From Spirochaetia bacterium (GTDB lineage Bacteria; Spirochaetota; Spirochaetia; CADAEX01), in the NCBI GenBank assembly GCA_963662265.2, contig CAXXHA010000036.1:96001-160000 (forward strand): a stretch of 64,000 nt of DNA, given 5' to 3'. Positions 10,086 through 20,346 of the stretch are shown here, one piece after another; within the stretch, counting starts at the first letter, position 1, and each line of letters begins with the position of its first letter. The translations under genes and the position numbers were made by a program. A model generated the notes under the pieces. It was given only the letters and a program-made list of their open reading frames with translations, was not told the origin of the DNA and did not search any database.

Positions 10086-10694
10086 TTAACCTGCTGTCCA
10101 TGCAGCTGAGGCTACTGTTTCCTTACCGTCAAGAATCAGCCCTTCAAAAAGATCACCCTTTGATATAGTTCCCACTCCTGAAGGTGTTCCTGTCATTACA
10201 ATATCCCCGTCATTCAGTGTGAAATGTTTCTTTATTTCCTTTAGAATTTCATCTGGTTTATGTATCATATGTTCTTCGTCAGATGCCTGAACAATATTCC
10301 TGTTGATTTTAAGTACAACAGACAGGTCTATTGTGCAGTCAGTCTCAATAAACGGACTGAAAAGAGCAGAACCGTCAAACGCTTTTGCCTTTTCCCATGG
10401 AAGACCTTTCTGTTTCAGCCGGCTCTGAAGCTCTCTCTTTGTCAGGTCAAGTCCGAATGCAGCAGCCCTGAATCCTCCGTCAAAATACATCAATGACAAT
10501 TCCCCCTCATAGTGCAGCTGCTCTCCTGAGAAGGAGATGAGAGTATCTGAAATTGATGAATTAGGTTTTATGAAAAGAACAATCTCATCAGGTATTTCGT
10601 TGTTCAGTTCTCTGATGTGGTTTACAAAGTTTCTGCCCACACATACAATTTTAGAAGGAGTAATTTTTTCATTGTTAAATACTACTGTATTCAT
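10086..10694 (-). CDS. Fumarylacetoacetate hydrolase family protein
   Basis: KIVCVGRNF, FIKP, HYEGEL, GLDLTKR, PWEKAKAFDGS, GDIVMTGTPSGVG. Confidence 0.92.
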   Translation of the reverse strand: MNTVVFNNEKITPSKIVCVGRNFVNHIRELNNEIPDEIVLFIKPNSSISDTLISFSGEQLHYEGELSLMYFDGGFRAAAFGLDLTKRELQSRLKQKGLPWEKAKAFDGSALFSPFIETDCTIDLSVVLKINRNIVQASDEEHMIHKPDEILKEIKKHFTLNDGDIVMTGTPSGVGTISKGDLFEGLILDGKETVASAAWTAG

Positions 10695-10815
10695 CCGGAT
10701 AAACCTCTTTTAATTTAAAACTTTATATTTTCAATACACATATAATGTGTATTCTTTAATTTCTATTCATAAACTATATAAACAGCAGGAACAATAAATC
10801 CCTGTTTAATCTATT

Positions 10816-12513
10816 TCAGTTTTCAGTCTCGATTATTACCGGTTTGACTTTTTTATAATCAGGCATTGTCATTCCTACTGATGCATTTATATAGGTCGGA
10901 TCACAAACTGTGTATTTTTTCCCATTGTAAGTGAAGTTATCACCCTTTACCTTTGAACTAAAATTTACAGCAGCAGCAATATGTCCCGGATAGTCAAGCG
11001 CGACTGCATCAAGGCCAGTGAGTTCCTTTACAATTGATATAAAGAGGGCTGACCTGTCTTCACAGTCTATGTAAGGGTAATGAAGTGTTTCATCGGGAAA
11101 CATCGGTTTTTCATACCCGAACTGGCTGTCGTCTGTCCTGTATTTAAAGCCTTTCTGAACAAATGTGAGAATGAACTGTACAGCATCTTTTTCATCCATC
11201 CCTTTTATATAAGGATAGAGGCTTTTCCTGTAAGATTCTGAAGCCTTCTCAGATACATTTTTCCTGAAGTAATATGAAATATCCACTTGGGGATACTCAT
11301 TGTAGTAATTTATAAGGCTGTTGTTGTATTCGAGGCTTACAGGGTATTTCTTCCTCTTGTAGGTGAATGATGTATTTCTTTTCTGCGTATCAGATTTGAA
11401 AAGCTCCGGGTTTTCAGGCGTCAGCCTTACAATTTCCGGTTTTTTAACAAAATCCCCTGAATAAGTCCTGATTTTTTCATTCTTTGATGATGTTTTGTTA
11501 TAAAAATAGTAGTGCTTGTTTTTCTCTGTAATGTAGGGGGCAGCATATACTTTTACTTCAGGTACATAGAGAAGATAAACGTTCCAGTCGGAATATGCGA
11601 TCTTAACATCATAACCTGATTTAATAAGCAGAAACCATGTCATAAGAATTCTGTCTTTTTCAGCGCTGTACAGCTTAGCTGAAGTTTTTTCTGCTATTTT
11701 AAGAACAGACCATCCGTTCATTTTGTAATCGGTATTCAGTGATTTCAGCCAGTCAGATGTGGGATCCATTTTCTGCTCTGAATAATACTCAAAGAATTCC
11801 GATATTGATTTATTATTTACTCTGCCTGTTTTCCCTTTTAGCCTGAGATCTGAAGGAAGCGGGACAGAGAGCGGTGAGCCGTAAAAATCAATATTCAAAT
11901 ATTTGATTCCCATTTTATTTTCCGCAGCAGGGAGTTTTACAGGTCTTTCTGCTGGTTTTTCTCCTCCGGGAGAGGGAAGTGCTTTTTCTGCAGGTACAGA
12001 TGCAATTTTTCCTGATGTACCGGGGGATATACTTTCTGATTCTTTATTGCTGTCTTTTTTGGGTGAATCTGATTTACCGGGACTTTCTGAAGTCTTTAAT
12101 CCCGGCTCTTTTAAACCTGTCTCTTTTACAACTTTTGCAGGGTTATCAGCTGCAATTGATCCCGGTTTTAAATCCGGTTCAGGTCTGCTGTCTGAAGAAA
12201 GATTTTCCGGTTTTCCCGGTTTTGTCAGTTTTGGATCATCCCGGTCAGGACTTATCTCTTTTTCCGAAGCTCCTTCTTCCGGCGCTTCCGGCTGCTTAAC
12301 AGGTTTCGGTTCTGTATCAATTATAAATCCTGCCTGGGTCTGGAATTCCTCCCATTCCTTTTTAAGCATGTCGGAAAAGGCTTTTTCCTGTTCAGATAGA
12401 AAGCTTTTGAAAGCTTTCTTCTGTTTTTTCTTCCACTTATCAAAATCATTTTCTGCGTATGCAGATGAAGCGGAAACTGCAGCAATTAAAATAATCAATA
12501 CTGTTTTTTTCAT
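10816..12513 (-). CDS. Exported protein with Pro/Ser/Lys-rich linker and C-terminal transglutaminase-like (Cys-His-Asp) domain
   Basis: Signal peptide from MKKTVLII (start moved to 12513); DCEDRS, YPGHIAAAV, CDPTY. Confidence 0.75.
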   Translation of the reverse strand: MKKTVLIILIAAVSASSAYAENDFDKWKKKQKKAFKSFLSEQEKAFSDMLKKEWEEFQTQAGFIIDTEPKPVKQPEAPEEGASEKEISPDRDDPKLTKPGKPENLSSDSRPEPDLKPGSIAADNPAKVVKETGLKEPGLKTSESPGKSDSPKKDSNKESESISPGTSGKIASVPAEKALPSPGGEKPAERPVKLPAAENKMGIKYLNIDFYGSPLSVPLPSDLRLKGKTGRVNNKSISEFFEYYSEQKMDPTSDWLKSLNTDYKMNGWSVLKIAEKTSAKLYSAEKDRILMTWFLLIKSGYDVKIAYSDWNVYLLYVPEVKVYAAPYITEKNKHYYFYNKTSSKNEKIRTYSGDFVKKPEIVRLTPENPELFKSDTQKRNTSFTYKRKKYPVSLEYNNSLINYYNEYPQVDISYYFRKNVSEKASESYRKSLYPYIKGMDEKDAVQFILTFVQKGFKYRTDDSQFGYEKPMFPDETLHYPYIDCEDRSALFISIVKELTGLDAVALDYPGHIAAAVNFSSKVKGDNFTYNGKKYTVCDPTYINASVGMTMPDYKKVKPVIIETEN

Positions 12514-12845
12514 ATTATTAATATAACACATTAAGGCTTGTGATAAAAATATAGAATAAAAATAATTCAATTGGAAATTACAATTCAACTATTAAAGGTA
12601 TCTCTTTTCTGCGAGATAGTCTGTGCTGTTCTCTTTTTGTGTCAATCCTGAATTTAATACTGTTTTAAACAGCAAAACCCGATAGCATACAAATAACTTC
12701 CTGTATTTTTTATATAATAAGTGTATAATGGCAGAACTGCTTACAGAGGATTACCATTCGGGAAAATCCAGGCGGATATATAGAATTTAAAATATGCAGC
12801 AATTAAAAATGTATCTATTTCAGCTGAACAGAAAGAGGAAGAGTA

Positions 12846-14273
12846 ATGGCTAAAACTTTTAAAATTATATTATTGTTGATTTTCACATCTCTGCTTGTAT
12901 TATCCTGTGGGAAAAATGAAAAAGCATTCCAGGCAGATTTCGATACAGCTGTTAAAGGCAAACAGGGCGAGCAGCTTCTTAATGCCCTCAAAGAACTGGA
13001 TGTTAAATATGAGGATAAACTCATACTCAAGATTAACCTTTCAGCTCTTTATCTTTCTGTAGGTGAGCTTGAAAAAGCAGTTGCCTATCTGAATGACGGT
13101 CTTCCCCTTGCTGAAAAAAGCAAAAAACCTGAAGAAAAATATATGTTTTATGCAAATTATGCGGAATACCTTCTGAGGGACGAAAAATACAAAGAATGTG
13201 AAAAATATGCCAGAATCTCTCTTGAAAACACAGAACAGGATACCCTCGGGGTTTCCCTGACTCTTGCAAAATCAATGACTGCCCTGAAAAAATATACAGA
13301 AGCATACAATATCTTTAAAGAGAGCTGGAAAAATATTGGCCTTCTGTTTTCGGAAGAAGACATCAATGCATTTATCTTTATTCTTTCCCAGGTCCCCTCA
13401 AGTCAGGAAAACCTTGTGATCCATGTAACTCTTCTTGATGAACTCAGGGTGAAAAATCCCCAGCTCAACAAGCTTGGACTTGATCAGGCAAGGCTGCTTG
13501 AAAGGGCAGGTGCGCCATTAAGCGCGCTTGTTGCAATACTTTCAGAAATTGAATTTTCCCGCTATAAAGGCACAATAGACAACGCTGGAATTGAAAGAAA
13601 CCTTAATGCTCTTGCCGCAAAATTTAACAATCCTGATTTCAAGGAAAGGGGGCAGGCAGGGCTCAAGATGATTGAAGGATATGCAGATTTCATTAATGAA
13701 CGGTGGGACAGAGCAGATGCTGTTTTTACTCAGCTTAATCCTGAACTCCCTATGACCTTCTATTACTACCTCAGACTTGCATCAAGGCTACAGACAGGTT
13801 TCGGCACGAAAGAGGACTTTGGAGCATATGTATCACTCGAACGAAACTATTCCACCATGCAGGGATATTATTATCATTTCTGGAAGGGGCTTAAAAAAGC
13901 GGGAACTGACTATACCAAAGAAGCTGCAGAACCTGCTCTCAGGGGCTGTATAATTGCATCCCCATATACAGGATATGCAGAGCAGTCCCGTGTTGAACTC
14001 GGGAACCTCTACGGTGTAGATGGGGGGGAGAAAATAATCCTTCCCGAGGAGCTTGTATTCTTTTACCAGAGTATTTTAAACGGTGCTCCCCTTGAAATAC
14101 TCGAACCTGTTGCCTCTTTCCTGAGCATGGAGGACAATGTATTTGTACAGGATGCAATGGTACTCATGAAAGAAGCTTTCACTAATGAAAAGATATCTGA
14201 GTGGTTTAAAAACAAGGCTGAAAAAGAGGGGAACGAAATATTCAAAAAACGGGTTGAATCGCTTCTTTCTTAA
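12846..14273 (+). CDS. TPR-like alpha-helical lipoprotein
   Basis: Lipobox VLSC; TPR-like helix pairs (LSALYLSVGELEKAVAYL, LAKSMTALKKYTEAYNIF). Confidence 0.7.
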   Translation: MAKTFKIILLLIFTSLLVLSCGKNEKAFQADFDTAVKGKQGEQLLNALKELDVKYEDKLILKINLSALYLSVGELEKAVAYLNDGLPLAEKSKKPEEKYMFYANYAEYLLRDEKYKECEKYARISLENTEQDTLGVSLTLAKSMTALKKYTEAYNIFKESWKNIGLLFSEEDINAFIFILSQVPSSQENLVIHVTLLDELRVKNPQLNKLGLDQARLLERAGAPLSALVAILSEIEFSRYKGTIDNAGIERNLNALAAKFNNPDFKERGQAGLKMIEGYADFINERWDRADAVFTQLNPELPMTFYYYLRLASRLQTGFGTKEDFGAYVSLERNYSTMQGYYYHFWKGLKKAGTDYTKEAAEPALRGCIIASPYTGYAEQSRVELGNLYGVDGGEKIILPEELVFFYQSILNGAPLEILEPVASFLSMEDNVFVQDAMVLMKEAFTNEKISEWFKNKAEKEGNEIFKKRVESLLS

Positions 14274-14327
14274 GCAGCTTGAAAATCTGGAAATAAGAAT
14301 AATCTATTCTGATATTGGAACTTTTTT

Positions 14328-14771
14328 ATGAAATGGGAAATCACCGGATCTGAATATCTGGTCAGAGATAAATGGCTCAAATTGAGAGCTGATTCCTGCA
14401 GAATGCCTAATGGCAATATTGTTGAACCTTATTATGTGTTTGAATATTCGCCATGGGTAAATGTGCTTGGAATAACAGAAAACAACGAAGTTATTCTTGT
14501 CAGGCAGTACCGCCATGGAATTCAGGATATAGTGCTTGAACTGCCCGGGGGATGTGTTGATGAGAATGAAGAACCTATTGATGCAGTCAAGAGGGAACTT
14601 CTTGAGGAAACCGGATATACGGGAGGTGATTTTACACAGACATGCACGATATCTGCAAATCCTGCAAGCCATACAAATAAAACATACTGCTTCCTCGCTA
14701 CCGGTCTTGTAAAAGTAAGTGATATTTCTCTATTCTCACAACTGTTTAAATATTTAAAAATTTTTAATTAA
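14328..14771 (+). CDS. NUDIX hydrolase (ADP-ribose pyrophosphatase-like), apparently C-terminally truncated
   Basis: LVRQYR and Nudix box ELPGG...AVKRELLEETGY; usual C-terminal segment missing. Confidence 0.85.
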   Translation: MKWEITGSEYLVRDKWLKLRADSCRMPNGNIVEPYYVFEYSPWVNVLGITENNEVILVRQYRHGIQDIVLELPGGCVDENEEPIDAVKRELLEETGYTGGDFTQTCTISANPASHTNKTYCFLATGLVKVSDISLFSQLFKYLKIFN

Positions 14772-14874
14772 ATTCCTGAATATATCAGGTTCCGTAAAAT
14801 AATAAAAATACATTCTGAAATTATTAACCTGTTATTTCTGAAGCATTTTCTCCTAATAATCAGTCATATTATAT

Positions 14875-15489
14875 ATGATTATTTTACTCATTATTATTTT
14901 AACCTCATGTTCTCAAGGTGACAGTCCGGAAATCCTCACTGAATTAAAAAATGCGAAATCCCTTTATATAAAAGGTGAGACAGATACTGCGCTTTCATTG
15001 CTTGAAAGGATTGAAGTAGAAAAGCCTGATTTTATACCTGCTCTTTATCTTTCCGGAAAGATATACATTTTGAAAAACAATCCTGATAAAGCAGATGAAA
15101 AGTGGCGGAAAATTATTAAAGAGTCTCCCTGTCATATTCAGGCAGGTAAGCAGCTGATAAAACTCTGCACCAATCAGAAAAGATATGAAGAGGCGGAGGC
15201 TATTCTGATAAGGCTTTTTGAGTTTTCTGCTGATGACCCGGAATTGCTGATTCTTGCAGGAAAGCTTCGGAAAAGCGAAGGGAGATTTCTTGAGGCAATA
15301 GAATACTACAGCAAATCATTTCTGTTTGAAGACAGGATTATGGATGCCCATATTGATATTGCAGAAATCTACGGAAGATACGGTCTTTCAGATAAATCAG
15401 AATTACATCTGGAAAAAGCTGCTGCAATAGGAGGAGGGGAACATGAGTTATATGAACCTGTCATGTCTGTTCTTGAAAAGAAGAAATAA
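14875..15489 (+). CDS. TPR-repeat lipoprotein, first gene of the RND-type operon
   Basis: Lipobox LTSC; several TPR motifs. Confidence 0.8.
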   Translation: MIILLIIILTSCSQGDSPEILTELKNAKSLYIKGETDTALSLLERIEVEKPDFIPALYLSGKIYILKNNPDKADEKWRKIIKESPCHIQAGKQLIKLCTNQKRYEEAEAILIRLFEFSADDPELLILAGKLRKSEGRFLEAIEYYSKSFLFEDRIMDAHIDIAEIYGRYGLSDKSELHLEKAAAIGGGEHELYEPVMSVLEKKK

Positions 15490-15499
15490 TAAAAAACTG

Positions 15500-15943
15500 A
15501 TGCATTGCAGATATCTGCTGTCAGCTTTTCTATGTGTTTTTACTGCCGGCTGTGTCTTTTTATCAGGCCCGATAAAGACTTCTTATGAGAGAGATGAAGG
15601 CACAGAAAAGCTTATACAGGAAAAAGGTCTTAGTATTGAAAACATAACTGTAAAAAAGAGTTTTGACAGCGAAGCTGTTAAGGAAAATGCATTCTATGCT
15701 TTTAATGTCCTGCTTGGCCCTTATACAGGTAAAGGACTGAAGACTGATGTTGTCCTTAAAGAGGACTCATTTATAAAGGGTTTTGATCAGCTTAATACAG
15801 TTTCACTCGAGATTAAAGTAAAAGATAGAAATAACAGGATTTTTAAAATAGTTCTTATTACTGAAGAGTCAGAAAACACCCTCTCATCCTACAGCTATCT
15901 TTATAGAATTATTGAAAAGGGGATAAAGGAGACCGGCCTTTAA
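15500..15943 (+). CDS. Putative lipoprotein, unknown function
   Basis: MHCRYLLSAFLCVFTAGC lipoprotein-like leader (start moved from 15443 to 15500); operonic spacing. Confidence 0.6.
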   Translation: MHCRYLLSAFLCVFTAGCVFLSGPIKTSYERDEGTEKLIQEKGLSIENITVKKSFDSEAVKENAFYAFNVLLGPYTGKGLKTDVVLKEDSFIKGFDQLNTVSLEIKVKDRNNRIFKIVLITEESENTLSSYSYLYRIIEKGIKETGL

Positions 15944-15955
15944 ACAGGTGGATGT

Positions 15956-17389
15956 ATGAAACTGTTTTATATTTATTCAGCAGTTTTTATTTTTATCTCG
16001 CTTCCTGTTTATTGTGATAAAGCAGTTAAACCGGATTCTGAAAGGGCTGTTAAACTGTCTTTTAAAAAAATAATTAAACTGGACCTGGAAGAGGCTGTTT
16101 ATACAGGTCTTAAAAACAACAGGGATCTTCTTTTCAGGGGAAAAGAAAACAGACTGGCTGAAAAGAATTTATATCTTAAATACAGGGATTATTTTCCTGA
16201 ACTTATACTCTCGTATTCTGATTCAGCATCTGTTGTGTATTATAACCCGGATTCTCATATAAAAAAAATTGGCCTCTCCCTTACACAGGAAATTTATGAC
16301 AGGGGAAAGCGAAGATCTGCAATTGATCTCAGGAAAAAACAGCTCCAGCTGGAAAAATTGAAAATTGATGATTCTGAAGAGGATTTTACATTTCAGGTTA
16401 TTTCATCTTTCAAGGATATTCTGAAACTGGATATGGAAATATCTATTCTTGATGATACAAACCTGAATACATCACAACAGCTTGAGATAGGTCGCAGGGA
16501 AATGGAGCTGGGCGAGATTACTTCCTTAAACTATCTTGAAATGGAAATTGCCCATAGGAATATTGAGCTTCTCCTTGAAAGGAAAAATAATGAAAAGAAA
16601 AAAATGATATTTTCTTTTTCCAGGCTTCTAAGCCTGAAGTCAGATATAAAGCCTGAAATTACCGGATTAATAAACACAGATTACTGCGGATTCATCAAAG
16701 AGAATGATGATTTTTTTATTAAAACAGCAGCGGAGAAAAGTTCTAACTATAAAGAAAAATATCTTGAGCGTGAATCAGCATATCAGAATTATAAAATAAC
16801 GGAAAAGGAAAATATCCCGGATGTTAAGGCGGATTGCGGGTTTTCAATGTCGGGAGAAGAGTTTCCCCTTACCAGGCCGGGATTTGATATGTCAGTTACA
16901 TTTTCATTTGACAAGCCGGGACTTCCTTCGTCTTTCACAGCTGGAATAAACAAGGAAGAGTATGAAAGGTCCCGTACCCTGACTGCCCAAACAGGCCCTT
17001 TTTCAAATCTTGAAAATATCCACACAAGGGAAGCAGCACGACTCAATCTTGATAAAAAAGGCTGGGAGATAGAAGAGTTTAAGACTGTAAATGATTTTAA
17101 TATAAGGGAGCTGCTGCTTGATATTGATTCTCTTAAACGGGAACTCATTCTTGTCAGGGAGAAACTTGAACTGCAGGAAAAAAAGACAGAAATAGAAAAA
17201 CTTCAGCTTAAACTTGGTGAAATAAAACGGCTTGATTATATGGAAAGTACAATAGAGCTCTCGAAAGAAAGAATAAATATAATCAACAGCATTGCTTTGC
17301 TTTATCAGAAAGAAATATCGCTTCTAAGGTTGTGCGGAATAAAAAATATAGTTGCGACAGGTCCAAGTCTCATTATCAGGAAAAAGTAA
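15956..17389 (+). CDS. TolC-family outer membrane protein
   Basis: Signal peptide, LDLEEAVYTGLKNNRDL, YFPELILS, two LGEI..L(N/D)Y repeats; adjacent adaptor gene. Confidence 0.85.
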   Translation: MKLFYIYSAVFIFISLPVYCDKAVKPDSERAVKLSFKKIIKLDLEEAVYTGLKNNRDLLFRGKENRLAEKNLYLKYRDYFPELILSYSDSASVVYYNPDSHIKKIGLSLTQEIYDRGKRRSAIDLRKKQLQLEKLKIDDSEEDFTFQVISSFKDILKLDMEISILDDTNLNTSQQLEIGRREMELGEITSLNYLEMEIAHRNIELLLERKNNEKKKMIFSFSRLLSLKSDIKPEITGLINTDYCGFIKENDDFFIKTAAEKSSNYKEKYLERESAYQNYKITEKENIPDVKADCGFSMSGEEFPLTRPGFDMSVTFSFDKPGLPSSFTAGINKEEYERSRTLTAQTGPFSNLENIHTREAARLNLDKKGWEIEEFKTVNDFNIRELLLDIDSLKRELILVREKLELQEKKTEIEKLQLKLGEIKRLDYMESTIELSKERINIINSIALLYQKEISLLRLCGIKNIVATGPSLIIRKK

Positions 17390-17417
17390 GACATTGAAAA
17401 AACAGATGGAGAATGTG

Positions 17418-18791
17418 ATGGATAATATAAAACATAATAGGGTAATTCAGGGAAAAATTGTTGTAACAATATTTATTATTATGAGCCTTATCACTATCTC
17501 CTCCTGTCGTGAAAAGGAGGATGAGGTTTTTAAAGTTTTTCCCTTATCTGTAAAAGCCGGAAAAGTTACAAGAAAAAAAATTGCACCTGAAATATCCTCG
17601 TTCGGAACAGTTCTTTATTATTCCAAGGCAGATGTTTATCCAACCACAGAGGGGTATATCGATACTGTTGAAGCTGCAGAGGGTGATGAAGTTTGTAAGG
17701 GGCAGCTGCTTGCACGCTTGAGACAGGAAAAGCTTTTCATAGAAAAAGAAAAAAGCGTTTCCGATGTTAATTCAAAAAAATCACTTTTAAGACTCTCGGA
17801 AGAGAAACTTTTAAGCGGAAAGAAAGAAGCAGAAAAAAAGATAATTTCAATAAACGGAGCACTGAAATCATTAAAACAGAAAAAACTTGAGCTTGAAAAT
17901 ATAAAGAGAATTTACCGCAACAAGCAGGCACTTTTTGATGCCGGAGGACTTTCCCGGGAGGAGCTCGAATCAGTAAAAATGAGTTATCTGAAAAGTGAAT
18001 ATGAATATGAAAAAAGTCTTAATGATCTTGAACTTATTAAAACCGGGTACAGGGAGTGCGATATACAGGAAAGAGGATATGAAGTTCCTGAAGATGAAAG
18101 AGAAAGAAACAGACTCCTTGTGAAAATAAATACATCTATTCTGGAGGCTGAAAAGGAGGTCGCAATATCGGAGCTTATGTCATCAGAAGCTGAACTGGAA
18201 AGAATAAACCTCCTTATCAAAGAGACGGAAATATGTTCTCCCATATCAGGCATTGTGGGAAAGAAAAACTTTGACATAGGGGAAAAGGTGAAACCTGATT
18301 CAAATATGTTTACAGTTTTCAGGAGCAGCAGAGTCTATGCAGTATTTGAAGCCGGAGAGAATCTTTCAACAGAAATTGAAAAAGGGATGAGGGCAATAGT
18401 TTCAGCAGGAGGGAAATCTGAAGCAGGGGAGGTGAGTATTATATCCCCTGTAATAAATCCCGGGACAAGGACCCGCGAAATTAAAATCATACTCGACAAC
18501 AGAAACGGAAGCTTTATTCCGGGAAGCTTTGCGCGCATTACTGTAAAAACAGGAAAAGAAAGAGACCGGCTTGTTGTTCCTGAAAGCGCGTTGCTTGAAA
18601 ATAAAGATGAATGTAAATCCGGTGTATTTATCTTAAGGGATAATGCTGCATTCAGAAAAGAGGTGAAAGTTCTTTATAAAACAGATGAGAGTGCTGTGCT
18701 TGCAGAAGGTGAACTTGAAGAGGGGGAACTTGTATGCCTTGACCCTCCTGTTTCTCTTTCTGACGGCCGGGAGGTGAGAATAATCCAATGA
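17418..18791 (+). CDS. RND periplasmic adaptor (membrane fusion protein) with long alpha-hairpin
   Basis: EGDEVCKGQLLARL and ICSPISGIV lipoyl halves, SPVINPGTRT, PGSFAR, VVPESAL; start chosen after GGAG RBS. Confidence 0.88.
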   Translation: MDNIKHNRVIQGKIVVTIFIIMSLITISSCREKEDEVFKVFPLSVKAGKVTRKKIAPEISSFGTVLYYSKADVYPTTEGYIDTVEAAEGDEVCKGQLLARLRQEKLFIEKEKSVSDVNSKKSLLRLSEEKLLSGKKEAEKKIISINGALKSLKQKKLELENIKRIYRNKQALFDAGGLSREELESVKMSYLKSEYEYEKSLNDLELIKTGYRECDIQERGYEVPEDERERNRLLVKINTSILEAEKEVAISELMSSEAELERINLLIKETEICSPISGIVGKKNFDIGEKVKPDSNMFTVFRSSRVYAVFEAGENLSTEIEKGMRAIVSAGGKSEAGEVSIISPVINPGTRTREIKIILDNRNGSFIPGSFARITVKTGKERDRLVVPESALLENKDECKSGVFILRDNAAFRKEVKVLYKTDESAVLAEGELEEGELVCLDPPVSLSDGREVRIIQ

Positions 18792-20344
18792 AAGGTTTTT
18801 CTGTAAAATATAAAAAGCGCTGTAATTTATCATATGTAACAGTGACATCAGAAATTCCAATCAGCAGGTTTGCTTTATTTTTTTCTGAATTATCTTTTAA
18901 AAAATCATCCAGGCTGTATTCTTCAGTGTTTTTCCTGTTGTTCATCACATCATGTTCTCTTGTCGATTTTTCTCCGGGAGATGGTATCCGTACAAATCCT
19001 TCAAGGGAAAACCAGATTATTGGGGAAAATGAAGCAATATATGTTTCTTTTGATTTTGCTCCTGAGAAAACATCAGCAGAAAGTCTTTTTCTGGTAAATG
19101 ACTATAAAGGCAGAGTGTCTGGAAGTTTTTCATGGGAAGGAAGCAGGCTGCTTTTTACATCTGATGAAAAGATGATTAGGGGCAGAAGATATGTTCTTGA
19201 TTATTCAGGCTCTGTCTCAAAAAAAGATGGCGGGGAGGTGAAGAGTGAAATAGTAATTCCCTTTTTCTATATGACATCTTCATGCAGTGTTCCCTTACTT
19301 TCTTCCGTATCTCCGCCAGCCGGAAATCTCATCGGCCGTGATGAAGTACTTATATTTGCATTTTCTAAACAGATGGACTTTTCTTCTGTAGAGAAGGGGT
19401 TCAAAATCAGTCCCGATACTAAACACAATACTGAATGGAATGCTGATTTTTCTGAGCTTAAAGTTACTCCTGATGATGGGTGGAAGAATCTGACATCATA
19501 CACTTTCAGTTTTTCAGATGATATCTGCTGCTGTGATAACATTCCTCTTGAAGCAGAATACAGCTTTACATATTACTGCGACAGTTCCCACGTTAAACCG
19601 GAAGTCCTGGCTGTTTATACTGTGCTTGATAATATCTCTCTTTCGTGGCCGAGGATTTCCGATAATCTCAATACTCTGAAATACCGGGAAGGTCTTGAAG
19701 TCCTGTTTTCTGTTGAAATGGATAACGAGTCTGTTGAAAGAAGTTTATCTGTTACTCCCTGTACTCCTGGGAGAAAATTCTGGAAAGATGAAAAATCTCT
19801 GATATTTATCCCTGATAACGGGTGGCAGTGGAACGAAAATTATTCCCTGAAAATATCAGAGACAGCAGAGTCTGCAGATGATGTTGCAGCAGGCAGCGCT
19901 TATAAAGCAACTTTCAATCCTGATATAAATGAGCTTACCCTCTCATCCATCGGCGGAAAAGCTGCAGACGGATTTCCTGTAACCACCTGTTCTGAGAATT
20001 TATTTTTAAATATTGATACAGGTCCCGCTCCTCCCCATATATACAGTTTTACTTTCAATTTTTCTGAAAGCTTTATGACTGATACTGAAAAAGAAAAACT
20101 TCAGAGTAATATAAATATAACAGCTCTCTTTCCCCCCGATATATCAAGCCCGTTTCCTGTTTCATATACATGGATAGGAGACAATTCGCTGACAGTAAAG
20201 TATTCAGGTTTCACTGCTTATGACAGCGGAAATAATATTTATTATCACTATATGCTGACACTGAACGGGGGAGATTCCGGAATAAAAAATAACAGGGGAT
20301 GCTTTTTTCAAGAAGATGTTAAACAGGCCTTGAGGACGAAGTAG
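18788..20344 (+). CDS. Lipoprotein with tandem bacterial Ig-like (Big_5-type) domains
   Basis: Repeated FSxxMDxxSVE...W...L.F.P...W...Y.L pattern; FITSC lipobox; ATGA overlap with the adaptor. Confidence 0.75.
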   Translation: MKGFSVKYKKRCNLSYVTVTSEIPISRFALFFSELSFKKSSRLYSSVFFLLFITSCSLVDFSPGDGIRTNPSRENQIIGENEAIYVSFDFAPEKTSAESLFLVNDYKGRVSGSFSWEGSRLLFTSDEKMIRGRRYVLDYSGSVSKKDGGEVKSEIVIPFFYMTSSCSVPLLSSVSPPAGNLIGRDEVLIFAFSKQMDFSSVEKGFKISPDTKHNTEWNADFSELKVTPDDGWKNLTSYTFSFSDDICCCDNIPLEAEYSFTYYCDSSHVKPEVLAVYTVLDNISLSWPRISDNLNTLKYREGLEVLFSVEMDNESVERSLSVTPCTPGRKFWKDEKSLIFIPDNGWQWNENYSLKISETAESADDVAAGSAYKATFNPDINELTLSSIGGKAADGFPVTTCSENLFLNIDTGPAPPHIYSFTFNFSESFMTDTEKEKLQSNINITALFPPDISSPFPVSYTWIGDNSLTVKYSGFTAYDSGNNIYYHYMLTLNGGDSGIKNNRGCFFQEDVKQALRTK

Positions 20345-20346
20345 TA

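Noticed and set aside
11903-12526. 207-aa plus-strand ORF
   Set aside because: Antisense shadow of the low-complexity linker of 10816..12513
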